Shown: one piece after another, positions 20,417-31,249 of the stretch | Layout: every line of letters starts with the position of its first letter | Numbering within the stretch: the stretch's first letter is position 1 | Assembly: GCA_903877885.1 (NCBI GenBank) | Contig: CAIRFN010000002.1 | Location: 1,734-65,733 of the forward strand | Direction: 5' to 3' | Source of the DNA: an uncultured Candidatus Berkelbacteria bacterium | GTDB lineage: Bacteria; Patescibacteriota; UBA1384; UBA12157 | Length of the DNA stretch: 64,000 nucleotides | Position numbers and translations under genes: made by a program | The notes under the pieces: generated by a model | Databases searched by the model: none | What the model was told of the DNA's origin: nothing | What the model saw: the letters and a program-made list of their open reading frames with translations, nothing else

Positions 20417-21342
20417 AGAAAATAAAGAAAAGATATATTTTAACTATCGCTATTATTCTCGGTGTGATTGGATTTTTTTTCTATGGTTGGTATTATCAAA
20501 ATCTGCCGGAATTTGCCATGCCGGCGATCAGCCAAATCTCATCACCTTCGGCCACGGATCGAATTTTGGTTTTAGCGCCACACCCTGACGATGAAACTTT
20601 AGGTGCCGGCGGTTATATTCACCAAGCAATTCAAAATCAGGCGACAGTCAAAGTGGTAATCGTGACTAACGGCGACGGCGAACGTTTTTCCGCCTCTAAA
20701 AGTTTTCGAAAAGTTATGGTTAAACCCAAAGATTATATTCAGACAGGGAATTCGCGTCAACAAGAATCAACTAATGCGCTAAAAACACTTGGATTAAATG
20801 AAGAAAATATTATTTTCTTGGGTTTTCCTGATGGCGGACTGAAATCCTTATTAACAAAAAACTGGACTAATCCCTATAAATCAAACTACACCAAAGTTTC
20901 GGTTTCACCCTATACCAATTCATATTTTCCAGACGTGAGTTACACCGGTCAAAATCTGACTGCCAATTTAACCAGTATTATCAACGATTTTAAACCGACT
21001 ATAATTTTAACGACTTCTTCAATTGACCTTCATCCAGATCATGCCGCTCTAGCCCAATTTGCCAAAAATGCGACAGCTGGAAAAAATATTAAAATTAATT
21101 ATTATTTAATCCATTATCGTCATTTTCCTTATCCAAAAGGTTTGGTTCTGGCTCGCAATTTGACGCCACCATTGCGATTGTTTTTACAAAATCAGACTTG
21201 GCAACAATTTGAGCTTGATAATCAAACAGAACAGTTAAAATTAGCCGCGATTAATCAATATCAAAGCCAACTTAAAGAGCCATTTTTAAAAAGTCTAATG
21301 CAAGGTTTTGTCAAAAAGAATGAATTATTTGTTAGTATTTAA
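20413..21342 (+). CDS. PIG-L / LmbE-family N-acetylglucosaminyl deacetylase with N-terminal TM anchor
   Basis: ILVLAPHPDDETLGAGGYI is the AHPDDE motif. 309 aa with an N-terminal TM helix. Confidence 0.8.
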   Translation: MKKIKKRYILTIAIILGVIGFFFYGWYYQNLPEFAMPAISQISSPSATDRILVLAPHPDDETLGAGGYIHQAIQNQATVKVVIVTNGDGERFSASKSFRKVMVKPKDYIQTGNSRQQESTNALKTLGLNEENIIFLGFPDGGLKSLLTKNWTNPYKSNYTKVSVSPYTNSYFPDVSYTGQNLTANLTSIINDFKPTIILTTSSIDLHPDHAALAQFAKNATAGKNIKINYYLIHYRHFPYPKGLVLARNLTPPLRLFLQNQTWQQFELDNQTEQLKLAAINQYQSQLKEPFLKSLMQGFVKKNELFVSI

Positions 21343-21343
21343 A

Positions 21344-21445
21344 TGTCATTCTCGAGCCGGTATGAGCTTGTCGAATACCGACATCGGGAATCCAGAATAA
21401 TTTTCCTAGATTCCAGATCCTGTTGCCGACCGGTCTGGAATGACA
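21344..21445 (+). repeat. MITE-like structured intergenic repeat, copy 2
   Basis: TGTCATTCTCGAGCCGG...ACATCGGGAATCCAGAA...GATTCCAGATCC...GGTCTGGAATGACA. Confidence 0.85.
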
Positions 21446-21515
21446 ATTTTTTTAGTATTATTATTTTATTCTTGCTATAATAGAAATATATTGAACTAGT
21501 TTTCTGGAGGGAAAA

Positions 21516-22103
21516 ATGAATGATCAAGGCACTAATTATGTGAAGCAACAATTAAATTCTGGCGTCAGCCCTAAAGCGCTCCGTCAAGCGATGGTAAATG
21601 GCGGTTGGAAACCAACTGACGTTGATATTTTAATTAACAATGTTCTCCAAGAAAAAACTCGGAATTTGTCGCCAGCTGTGGCCGCGGATATGGCTCGCGA
21701 TGACGAAATCGCGGCGGCAAGCGCCACAAAACCTGGTTCGAAAGTTGGTTTAATTATTTCGATTATAATTATATTTTTGGTTGTCGTTGGTACGGCTAGC
21801 TATTTCTATTTCAAACCAAATATAAATTGGTCAATTTACATGGGAATTTCCAGTCCAACACCAAGTCCTAGTTCTATTATCAACACTATTCAACCTACTC
21901 TAACCCAAACCGTGACCGATAGTGATAATGACGGTTTGTCGGATACTAATGAATTGATTTGGGGCACGAATCCAAATAATCCAGATACTGATGGTGACGG
22001 CCATCCAGACGGTTCAGAAGTCTGTGCTGGTTATAATCCGCTCGGAGCAGGGAAGTTTACCGCTGCCCAAATGACTTTAACCAAACCTTTGAACTGTCCG
22101 TAG
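21516..22103 (+). CDS. membrane-anchored protein with calcium-binding DxDxDG (thrombospondin type-3-like) repeats
   Basis: TM helix near residue 80. C-terminal DSDNDGLSDTNE / DTDGDGHPDG repeats. Confidence 0.55.
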   Translation: MNDQGTNYVKQQLNSGVSPKALRQAMVNGGWKPTDVDILINNVLQEKTRNLSPAVAADMARDDEIAAASATKPGSKVGLIISIIIIFLVVVGTASYFYFKPNINWSIYMGISSPTPSPSSIINTIQPTLTQTVTDSDNDGLSDTNELIWGTNPNNPDTDGDGHPDGSEVCAGYNPLGAGKFTAAQMTLTKPLNCP

Positions 22104-22237
22104 TTTTTATCATCTCTTGACAAAAAATTGAAATTCAGACTATTTAAGTTTATGTTAAAGGTGCGGATTGATAAAACTTTGGTCGATTTGATTCGCAAAA
22201 TAATTTTCATATATTTTATAAACTAAAAGGAGTTTCA

Positions 22238-22915
22238 ATGATTTTTAAAGATTGGTTGAGTGTGACTGGCGATGCTTGGGTTTCCATCTGGGAACGTTTC
22301 ATCGCTTTTGTGCCAAACTTGATTGGCGCAGTTGTAGTTATTGTAATTGGTTGGATTATCGGTATGCTTTTTGCGACCGTGATCGATCGACTTTTCAGGT
22401 TAGTTGGTCTCCAAGCTTTATTTGAAAAAGCTAAAGTTGAAGATGTTCTAAAAAAAGCTAACTCTGACAAAGATGCGACCGCCTTACTCGCTGGCGTGGC
22501 TAAATGGATTGTTTACTTGGTGGCTTTTATTGCGGCCGCTAATATTTTGAAACTAACTCCAGTTGCCGACTTTTTGAATAGCATTTTGGCTTATGTGCCT
22601 CAAGTCGTGATTGCAGTGGCGATTGTTTTAATTGGTTTAGTCATTGCTCATTTCTTGGCTGCGGTTATCAAAGGTAGTATTAAATCAGCTGATTTGGGTT
22701 TTGGTGATACCGCTTCGGTCATTGTCCGCTGGTCAATTATTATTTTTACCGTTTTAGCTGCTTTGGCGCAACTTGGTATTGCCGCTCAAATGATCAATAC
22801 TTTGTTTGTCGGTTTAGTTGCCTTCTTGGCGATTGCCGGCGGTTTAGCTTTCGGTCTTGGTGGACAGCGTGCCGCTGCCGAATGGATCGAACAGATCAAA
22901 AAAGAATTGAAGTAA
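22238..22915 (+). CDS. membrane protein with conserved TM-helix repeats (MscS-associated TM_helix-like)
   Basis: 225 aa. Repeated (I/V)-rich helices, each followed by a short amphipathic segment. Confidence 0.55.
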   Translation: MIFKDWLSVTGDAWVSIWERFIAFVPNLIGAVVVIVIGWIIGMLFATVIDRLFRLVGLQALFEKAKVEDVLKKANSDKDATALLAGVAKWIVYLVAFIAAANILKLTPVADFLNSILAYVPQVVIAVAIVLIGLVIAHFLAAVIKGSIKSADLGFGDTASVIVRWSIIIFTVLAALAQLGIAAQMINTLFVGLVAFLAIAGGLAFGLGGQRAAAEWIEQIKKELK

Positions 22916-22937
22916 CCACTTAACACCTACGAGGTGT
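22913..22937 (+). terminator. Rho-independent terminator
   Basis: AACACCTACGAGGTGTT followed by AAAAAGG. A second hairpin with a T-run lies at 22952-22998. Confidence 0.6.
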
Positions 22938-22998
22938 TAAAAAGGTTAAAATAAAAAAAGTCTTTCAAGGTAAATTTTTGCCAAGAAAGGCTTTTTTA

Positions 22999-23028
22999 TT
23001 GACAAAAAACACTTTCCTAGGTTATACT
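22999..23028 (+). promoter_or_regulatory. sigma70-type promoter
   Basis: TTGACA, 18-nt spacer, TATACT, located 30 nt upstream of TTG start 23060. RBS GGGAGG. Confidence 0.55.
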
Positions 23029-23059
23029 GCTGACAGAAAGAATCTCTGGGAGGTGTACT

Positions 23060-24064
23060 TTGAAAACTAAGCCTGATTCAATGAAGTTTAGTTATGTAGT
23101 CCTGCTTGACGAATTTTTCGCCAAGCTACTAAAGGGACACTTTGTTATTGGTTCTGCCGCCAATATCTGCGATGTGAGCATTCGCCAACTTAGTTATTGG
23201 ACTGACAAGGGCCAGATTAAAGCAGAAGGCGATAATAATCGGGCATACGATTTTTATGAAATGTATAAAACTTGGCTGGTGAAAGTCGGACTGGATAATG
23301 GTCTTTCCTTAGACGAGTCATTAAAAACTACTCATAACTTTTTTGCTACTTTGGTAGCACCAAGTCTTGAGGGTTATGATACGTCTGTCACACCGCCAAT
23401 TATTGATGATAATAACTATTTGGCTCAGATTGGGCATGAAACATTGATGGTCAACTATCGTGATCAATGGCAGAAAAAATTAAATTTATCGATCGGTTAT
23501 TTTGAATCCTTGGAAATTATTTCTAGACGTCAAGCTAGCTATTGGACAGATAAAGCAATTCTAGAATCTCTGTCCAAAAATTCGGAAGTTGACGACGATA
23601 AAGAAGATGCCGCCAAGTGTCGCTGTTACGATTTTGCTAATATGTTTAAAGCCTTCGTTATCAGTAAATTTTTAGATAGTGGATACGGTTTAAATGGTGC
23701 AGTTAAGCAGACTGAATTATTGATCAAAAACTATATTTCATCTCCATCATTACCGGTCAGTACGAATATTGTTAGACAGAACACTTTTGAAGCAGCTCAA
23801 AGAGCGGTTGTAATTAATGATGTGATTGCTAATCAAAACACCAGTCTTAATAAGGCTATATTGGGTTATCTAGTAAGTCTTTTTGTAATGGCTAAGGATC
23901 CACTAGGCAAAGTTTATAATCGGGCTCAACTACAGGAAGTTATGGACAAGGGATTAAAAACATTACTTAGATATGGGATTTTAGAGGAAACTATGCCTGA
24001 TGTATTCAGACTATCTCCAGCTTATCGACAGAAACTTTTTGGGTTATTAAATCTTTCAAAGTAA
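23060..24064 (+). CDS. putative DNA-binding protein with two tandem MerR-like HTH segments
   Basis: TTG start. Two copies of an ..SIRQLSYWTDKGQI.. / ..ISRRQASYWTDKAIL.. HTH-like segment, each followed by an R.YDF motif. Confidence 0.45.
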   Translation: MKTKPDSMKFSYVVLLDEFFAKLLKGHFVIGSAANICDVSIRQLSYWTDKGQIKAEGDNNRAYDFYEMYKTWLVKVGLDNGLSLDESLKTTHNFFATLVAPSLEGYDTSVTPPIIDDNNYLAQIGHETLMVNYRDQWQKKLNLSIGYFESLEIISRRQASYWTDKAILESLSKNSEVDDDKEDAAKCRCYDFANMFKAFVISKFLDSGYGLNGAVKQTELLIKNYISSPSLPVSTNIVRQNTFEAAQRAVVINDVIANQNTSLNKAILGYLVSLFVMAKDPLGKVYNRAQLQEVMDKGLKTLLRYGILEETMPDVFRLSPAYRQKLFGLLNLSK

Positions 24065-24183
24065 TTCCAACCAGCTATTAATTGGCTGGTTTTCTTTGTT
24101 ATCTTCTTGACAAGGTAGGCCAAAAGTTTTAAAATGCGCGTATGGCTCATTAACAATGTTCTTAAAGAAAGGAGGACGGTTAC

Positions 24184-24630
24184 GTGACAGTTTGCACGGA
24201 ACCAATTTCTTTAGGCCAACTTAGTTTTACCAGAATTATCAATCAAATCAAAAATCTTCCTTCAGTAAGAAAACGAAAGCTTTTGCGTTATTTTAGAACT
24301 AAACCTGTAGAAAAAATAGTTGATGATCTAGCTGATAAATATAGCCTTGAACTGAAAATCGCAGACCAGCTTCGTTTAAAGATAATTAAGGTTTTAGAAC
24401 TAGCTATCGCTAAAGATGATTTAGATGAAGAATTACCATCATCTAAATCACAATCGCGCCCAATATCGCCGCCAATACCGCCACCGCCTAAGCCTCAATT
24501 GTTGGTCCAGACTCAAATACTGACCAATTCCTGGATCCCTATTGAATTACGCGTTCAATTTATTGAGGACGCGTTAGGGGAAGTCAACAATCTTGTAAGG
24601 AGGATTGTCAACATGTCTACTCAAGATTAA
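24184..24630 (+). CDS. hypothetical Pro-rich protein
   Basis: GTG start with RBS AAAGGAGGA. Contains PISPPIPPPPKPQ. Confidence 0.45.
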   Translation: MTVCTEPISLGQLSFTRIINQIKNLPSVRKRKLLRYFRTKPVEKIVDDLADKYSLELKIADQLRLKIIKVLELAIAKDDLDEELPSSKSQSRPISPPIPPPPKPQLLVQTQILTNSWIPIELRVQFIEDALGEVNNLVRRIVNMSTQD

Positions 24631-24636
24631 ACATCT

Positions 24637-25404
24637 GTGCCAAACAGCGAAGGTGCTGCTCGACTAGCGTATCAGCAACTACAATTGGCTTGTCTGCTCT
24701 GGCCAGCCATGGAACAGCCTTTTCGTATTCGACATGAATGGTTACGCATGAGGATTAACGCGGAAGCCGTCATTGGTACGATCTATACCATGGTCAATAA
24801 CCTTTTGACTCTGGGCGTTGTTAGTCGGTCAGATGATGGCTTGTATCATCGGGGTAATTCCAAAGTGTTTGCTATCCGCTTGCCGGCACCGGAGGAGTGT
24901 AAAAAAACGACAGGTATCGCGTTTGAGATTAATACGGTCTATGATCTAAATAGTCTCGAGCTACCAGTCTACCCTGAAGTGATTGCGATTGAAAAGAAGA
25001 AAACGGTTGAAACACCATCTGTGCCATTACCGCCATCTAAACCATCCGCGGATAATGAAACGCCGTCTTCACCACCAGTAGTCGAACCGCTCAGACCACC
25101 GATCGAAATTACCGCGCCGGAAACGCCGCATCTCGAAATTATTATGGAAACGTCTGTACCACCGCTTGAAGAAACATTAGTTAAGTCAGTAGTGGAAGAG
25201 GAAGTCGCGATTGTGCCGGATCCGGCCATCTTGACTTCAGCTAATACTACTGTCATCGGTCTTTATTACCGGATTGACGAATATGACCAGCGCGTCGCAG
25301 TGAAACTTGATCAGATTCGTCAACTTCATATAGAGATTGATGAGCTGGACGATGCCAAAGTCAAAATGCGCGCCGCGGCCAATGCAATCGAAAAACTCGG
25401 GTAA
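24637..25404 (+). CDS. hypothetical Pro-rich protein (start uncertain; ATG 24709 is an alternative)
   Basis: 255 aa ORF with Pro-rich central region (PSVPLPPSKPSADNETPSSPPVVEPLRPP). A terminator follows. Confidence 0.45.
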   Translation: MPNSEGAARLAYQQLQLACLLWPAMEQPFRIRHEWLRMRINAEAVIGTIYTMVNNLLTLGVVSRSDDGLYHRGNSKVFAIRLPAPEECKKTTGIAFEINTVYDLNSLELPVYPEVIAIEKKKTVETPSVPLPPSKPSADNETPSSPPVVEPLRPPIEITAPETPHLEIIMETSVPPLEETLVKSVVEEEVAIVPDPAILTSANTTVIGLYYRIDEYDQRVAVKLDQIRQLHIEIDELDDAKVKMRAAANAIEKLG

Positions 25405-25439
25405 ATCAACCCTCAACCAAACTTTTTAACTTAAAACTT

Positions 25440-25466
25440 ACCGCATCGATCTGATGCGGTTTTTTG
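25440..25466 (+). terminator. Rho-independent terminator
   Basis: ACCGCATCGATCTGATGCGGT followed by TTTTTT. Confidence 0.7.
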
Positions 25467-25502
25467 GTATTAAAAAACCCTGATGTAAATCAGGGAGTTG
25501 GT

Positions 25503-26090
25503 TTAAAGTTCGCCGGTGACGCGGCCGCGAATGGTTGTGGCTAATTCTTCTAGAGCGCCTAAGATGATTGAACCTTCCGGTTCTTCTTTAAGAAGTTTAA
25601 AAGCCTTAAGAATTTCCAACTGGTTTGAAGACAGTCCTGCCAGGCCAGTTTCATCTAATTCATTTTCAACAAGTTCCATTAATCGGTCAGTTGCATATTC
25701 GATTGAATCTTGGTCAATTTTTAATTCGTCATCTAAACGATTTGAAAAATCTTCAATTGATTCTTCTTTAGCTAGTTCGATTATTTTATTAACTGCATTG
25801 GCGTTTTCAGGTAGAGTAATCCTGCTATCGTTTAATATTGATCTTAGAGAATGACAGAAACAACAATGTTCGGTCATAAAACCATAGGTACAATTTTCGA
25901 CCAAAGCCAACGGGCAATCCTGTTTTGGCGGCGGCGAAGGTACTGGTAAAGGTTTGATGCTAGTAAATGACCGGCTAGAGTTTTCAACGACTAGCGGTTC
26001 GATTTTCTCCTTAACTTTAGGAACTTGTTTTTTCTTAAGGCGCTTCTTTTTCGCGATTAGTCGTTCCAGCTCTTCAAATTCAATCGGCAT
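25503..26090 (-). CDS. hypothetical Cys-rich protein
   Basis: 195 aa. Contains the CTYGFMTEHCCFCH cluster. Flanked by 24-bp direct repeats at 25463 and 26151. Confidence 0.5.
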   Translation of the reverse strand: MPIEFEELERLIAKKKRLKKKQVPKVKEKIEPLVVENSSRSFTSIKPLPVPSPPPKQDCPLALVENCTYGFMTEHCCFCHSLRSILNDSRITLPENANAVNKIIELAKEESIEDFSNRLDDELKIDQDSIEYATDRLMELVENELDETGLAGLSSNQLEILKAFKLLKEEPEGSIILGALEELATTIRGRVTGEL

Positions 26091-26168
26091 GACTTTCTCC
26101 TTAATGGAAAAGATAAGCTAACCATATCATATTTTGGCTAAAAATCAAGTCTTTTTGGTATTAAAAAA

Positions 26169-26198
26169 CCCTGATGATTTTGTTCGATCAGGGTTTTT
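26169..26198. terminator. bidirectional terminator hairpin
   Basis: A-run, CCCTGATgattttgttcgATCAGGG, then T-run. Confidence 0.6.
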
Positions 26199-26217
26199 CA
26201 ATGATTTTAATCTAAGA

Positions 26218-26712
26218 TTAAGCTTGAGGAGTAGGTGCAACTGGTGCTTGTGGTTTAGCTGGCGCATCTGACCAAGCCATAATTCCAAGCATTACTAGCC
26301 AGGCTGGAAAGAAAATGATTGAAATAAGACTCCACCAACCGTCGCGGTTTAACTTTTCGCAAATGATCCACCACCAGTAAACAGCAATCGCCGCCGCACC
26401 CAAAGCTAGAAGTCCACCAAGAAGTGGGATTGCGGCTAAAACAAAACCAGCAAAGTAACAAATAATTGTCCATTGGGGTGTACCAGAAATTTGCCAAAGA
26501 AGAACAACATTAGCAATCGGAATCCAAGCCATCCAGGGCGATTTGTGATTTAACTTCTTGGCGATAGCTTGTAGAACAAGAGCGGAATAAACATAGAGGA
26601 TAATTCCAAAGACAAACATTATTCCCATGATTGGTAATAGTACCGGTAAAAGTTTACTCCAGTCGCCAGATTGTAAATTCGACATCATTGTCGAATAGTC
26701 AAAGTTTTCCAA
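26218..26712 (-). CDS. hypothetical membrane protein
   Basis: Start TTG 26712 lies 4 nt after AGGAGG. The ORF-track start at 26763 (also TTG) has no RBS. Four TM helices and a W-rich segment. Confidence 0.5.
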   Translation of the reverse strand: MENFDYSTMMSNLQSGDWSKLLPVLLPIMGIMFVFGIILYVYSALVLQAIAKKLNHKSPWMAWIPIANVVLLWQISGTPQWTIICYFAGFVLAAIPLLGGLLALGAAAIAVYWWWIICEKLNRDGWWSLISIIFFPAWLVMLGIMAWSDAPAKPQAPVAPTPQA

Positions 26713-26806
26713 GTTACCTCCTTGTTCTCTCGAAGAGAACTTAATTATTTTTTTACTTAACAATTAAATTATACATCATTTTTTAATAAAAAAATACAGA
26801 AAGGTG

Positions 26807-26835
26807 TTGACAAAATAATCGAACTTTGATACTAT
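26807..26835 (+). promoter_or_regulatory. 23S rRNA promoter
   Basis: GGTGTTGACA, 17-nt spacer, TACTAT. Followed by a roughly 340-nt leader containing hairpin AGTCCGCTacaaaggttaCAGCGGACT. Confidence 0.55.
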
Positions 26836-27770
26836 TTTATTAGACCAAAAAAGGAAAGGCTCAAGGATGGGTACTAACCTTAATTTAGAGGGGGTAGACG
26901 ACTAAAATAAAGTAGCAATTTTGCTTGCGATTTTGTTTAGTCCGCTACAAAGGTTACAGCGGACTTTTAAAATTCTAGGTTGTAAGATTCTAAATAAACA
27001 TTTGTTTAGAGAATATAACTTAGAAATTTAACCTTCTAAGATACTTTAACAACTCAAAGATTGATTTCTCTTCTTTTGAAAGTTAGGGAGAGTGGTTAAA
27101 AGATATGTGTCTTTTAGCTTGTCAATCGAGTTATTTTTATTATTTTAGTATCTTGGTTGTTGTCCAACTAAAATAAAATTCGTTAAGAGCATATGGAGGA
27201 TGCCTTGGCATAGAAGACCGATGAAGGACGTAGTAGGCGTGCGATACGCCTCGGGGAGCTGCCAAACAAGCTTTGATCCGAGGATTTCCGAATGGGGAAA
27301 CCCATCTAGCGAAGAGCTAGATATCCAACATCCATCCCTTCAGCACGAATGAGCCCACCTGATCCATTAAATTTATAGGGATCAAGACAATGGGTTTTTA
27401 ATCATTTCGCGCTGGGGGACGGATGTTGGACGGGCACCTGGGGAACTGAAACATCTTAGTACCCAGAGGAAAAGAAAACAATACTCAACTCAATTGAGAG
27501 ATTTAAATCAGCCTTCGGGTTGATTTAAATCTGTGATTCCCTTAGTAGCGGCGAGCGAAACGGGATCAGCCTGGTGATTTCAAGTAAATATTTATTAGCC
27601 AAATGAACCTGGAAAGGGCGACCAAAGAGGGTAATAGTCCCGTAGGCGAAAATTATATTTGAACTGTTATCACTTCTCACTTTCCTTCGGGATTGTGGGA
27701 AAGTACCACTAGACACGTGAAAACTAGTGGGAAGACGGGGGGATCGTCCCCCAAGGCTAAATATCTTCTA

Positions 27771-27818
<48 letters not shown>

Positions 27819-29147
27819 AATTGGGGAGTGAAATAGTACCTGAAACCATATGCTTACAAGAAGTCGGAGCCCGCAAGGGTGACGGCGTGCCTTTTGTAGA
27901 ATGAACCTACGAGTTAGCTGGCAGTGGCTTGGTTAAGTTCCGATAGGGACGGAGCCGTAGCGAAAGCGAGTGTTAATAGCGCGAATTTGTCATTGTCACT
28001 AAACCCGAAACCGGGTGATCTATCCATGAGCAGGTTGAGTCTCTGTGAAAACAGAGAGGAGGACCGAACACTATAGCGTTGCAAAACTATGTGATGACTT
28101 GTGGATAGCGCTAAAATAGCAATCGAACCCGGAAATAGCTGGTTCTCCCCGAAATATATTTAGGTATAGCGGTTTATTACATCTGAAGCGGTAGAGCTCT
28201 GGATGGTCTTGGCGGCGCAAGCCGTCGGACCAATCAAACTCCAAATTCTTCAGGTCAAAGGATAAATCAGTCAGACTGTAGGGGCTAAGCTCTATGGTCG
28301 AGAGGAAAACAGTCCAGACCGCCATCTAAGGTCCCAAAGTGAAACTTAAGTGGAAAAGGATGTGATCATCCTTAGACAACTAGGAGGTTGGCTTAGAAGC
28401 AGCCATCCTTTAAAGAAAGCGTAACAGCTCACTAGTCAAGGATAATTGCGCCGAAAATTTAACGGGGCTCAAAGTTTCCACCGAAGATGCGGATTCAAAA
28501 TTTATTTTGAGTGGTAGGGGAGCGTTCTTATTGGAGTGAAGGTGAACCGTGAGGTTTGCTGGACCGATAAGAAGTGCGAATGTAGGTATGAGTAACGAAT
28601 TAGGCAGGCGAGAAACCTGCCCACCAAATGTCTGAGGTTTCCCCCGCAACGATAATCGACGGGGGGTTAGTCGGGCCTAAGCTTTATGCGATGGACAGCC
28701 GGTTGATATTCCGGCACTGTTATAAGATTATATAGCGATGACGCCGAACGAATGTTTCTGTGAGCGCATGGTTGCGAGCAGAAGTTGAAGTTTGGACAAG
28801 AAAAGTCGCTATCCACTACTTATAGCACCCGTACCGCAAACCGACTCAGGTAGACGGGTGGAGAACACCAAGGTGATCGAGCTAACTTTCCCAAAGGAAC
28901 TCGGCAAAAAAACGGGCGTAACTTAGGGATATGCCCTGCCTACTCGAAAGAGAGGCTGCAACCAACGAATTTCAGGCGACTGTTTACCAAAAACTTAGGT
29001 CTCTGCGAACCCATTTTGGGGATGTATAGGGGCTGATGCCTGCCCAGTGCTAGTAGGTTACGGGGAGAGGTGATTCCGCTAACGCGGATGAGCTTTGAAC
29101 TTAAGCCCTAGTGAACGGCAGCGGTAACTATAACCGTTCTATGGTAG

Positions 29148-29903
<756 letters not shown>

Positions 29904-30398
29904 TGGCATAACGGTCTGAAAACTGTCTCTGGGAAGGGCTCGGTGAAATTACAATGCCGGTAAAGATGCCGGTTACGCGCAGCAAGACGGAAAGACCCCG
30001 TGAAGCTTTACTATAGCTTGATATTGGGTCAAAATTTTAATTGTATAGTGTAGGTGGAAGCCTTCGGGCGACAATGTAACACCACCCTGTTGAAATTTTG
30101 ATTCTAACCCTCGAAAGAAGGGACAGTGTCAGGTGGGTAGTTTAACTGGGGCGGTTGACTCCTAAATTGTAACGGAGTCGTTCAAAGGTTGGCTTGTCCC
30201 GGATGGAAATCGGGATGAAAGTGCAAACGCATAAGCCAGCTTAACTGCAAGGGATACACCCCGCGCAGATGCGAAAGCAGGAGTTAGTGATCCTCTGGCA
30301 CAGTATGATGTGGCCAGAGCTCAACGGATAAAAGCTACTCCGGGGATAACAGGCTGATCGCGCCCAATAGTCCACATAGACGGCGCGGTTTGGCACCT

Positions 30399-31249
30399 TA
30401 ACACATTGGGGTGCTGTGGGAGTAATCCCATACCAAAAAATCGGCTTATAACGGTGAACCCCTATTGTTTGTTCGGGTTTTATTCATTAGAATAGAATAA
30501 AATAAACAAGGGCGATACCGTGGGAAGTCTAACGTCAATTCAGAAAGAAGTTTTGATTGGAAGTTTGTTGGGTGACGGCGCATTGCGCAAGCAAGGCACT
30601 AGAACTAACGCGCTTCTTGAAGTTAATCATTCTTTTCAATATAAAGAATATGTTGATTGGAAATGGCAACATTTCAAGGAGTATATAAAAACTCCACCAA
30701 AGCCTCGACATGGTAATGGCAATCGTATTGCTTATCGCTTTACGACTCAAAGTTTACCGTTTTTTACAGAATATTATGATAAATATTATTCAAATGGTAA
30801 AAAATTTATTGCGCCAGATATTACATTGACCCCTCTGATTTTGTCAGTTTGGTTTATGGATGATGGTTCAAAGAGTCGTAACACTTATTATCTGAATACC
30901 CAACAATTTTCGATCGAAGATCAGAATTGTTTAATGAGTATTCTTGATAGAGACTTGAAAATTAAATCAAGTTTGAACCGCGATAAAATATACTGGAGAA
31001 TTAGAATAAGAACGGAAAGTGCCGACAGATTTAAAAAAATTGTTGCACCTTACCTGTTACCATGTTTCCGTTATAAAATTGACAATGACCCCGTAACGAC
31101 TGATTCGAAAGATGAGATTTAGCTACTTGTAATTTAGCTAGATAACACGCCGCACCCTACATAAAAAAGTAAAGGATATGGCTCACGCCTAAAGTCCAAC
31201 TGTAGGGAAAAGATATAGTCTACGCCATTAGTAATAATGGATAAAAGTA
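30399..31249 (+). mobile_element. group I-like intron 2 in 23S (E. coli position about 2500)
   Basis: About 850-nt insertion between GGCACCT and CGATGTCGG. Carries a LAGLIDADG ORF. Exact boundaries are uncertain by a few nt. Confidence 0.75.
30520..31122 (+). CDS. LAGLIDADG homing endonuclease (two-motif type)
   Basis: GTG start. Motifs LIGSLLGDGAL and WFMDDGS. 200 aa. Located inside intron 2. Confidence 0.85.
   Translation: MGSLTSIQKEVLIGSLLGDGALRKQGTRTNALLEVNHSFQYKEYVDWKWQHFKEYIKTPPKPRHGNGNRIAYRFTTQSLPFFTEYYDKYYSNGKKFIAPDITLTPLILSVWFMDDGSKSRNTYYLNTQQFSIEDQNCLMSILDRDLKIKSSLNRDKIYWRIRIRTESADRFKKIVAPYLLPCFRYKIDNDPVTTDSKDEI

Noticed and set aside
22216-22470. Antisense ORF opposite the 22238 membrane protein, and other short antisense or overlapping ORFs (494-754, 3095-3292, 13128-13391, 17437-17745, 33125-33478, 44214-44555, 57315-57689 and others)
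   Set aside because: They are embedded in longer, homology-supported genes on the other strand or in another frame, and have no RBS.
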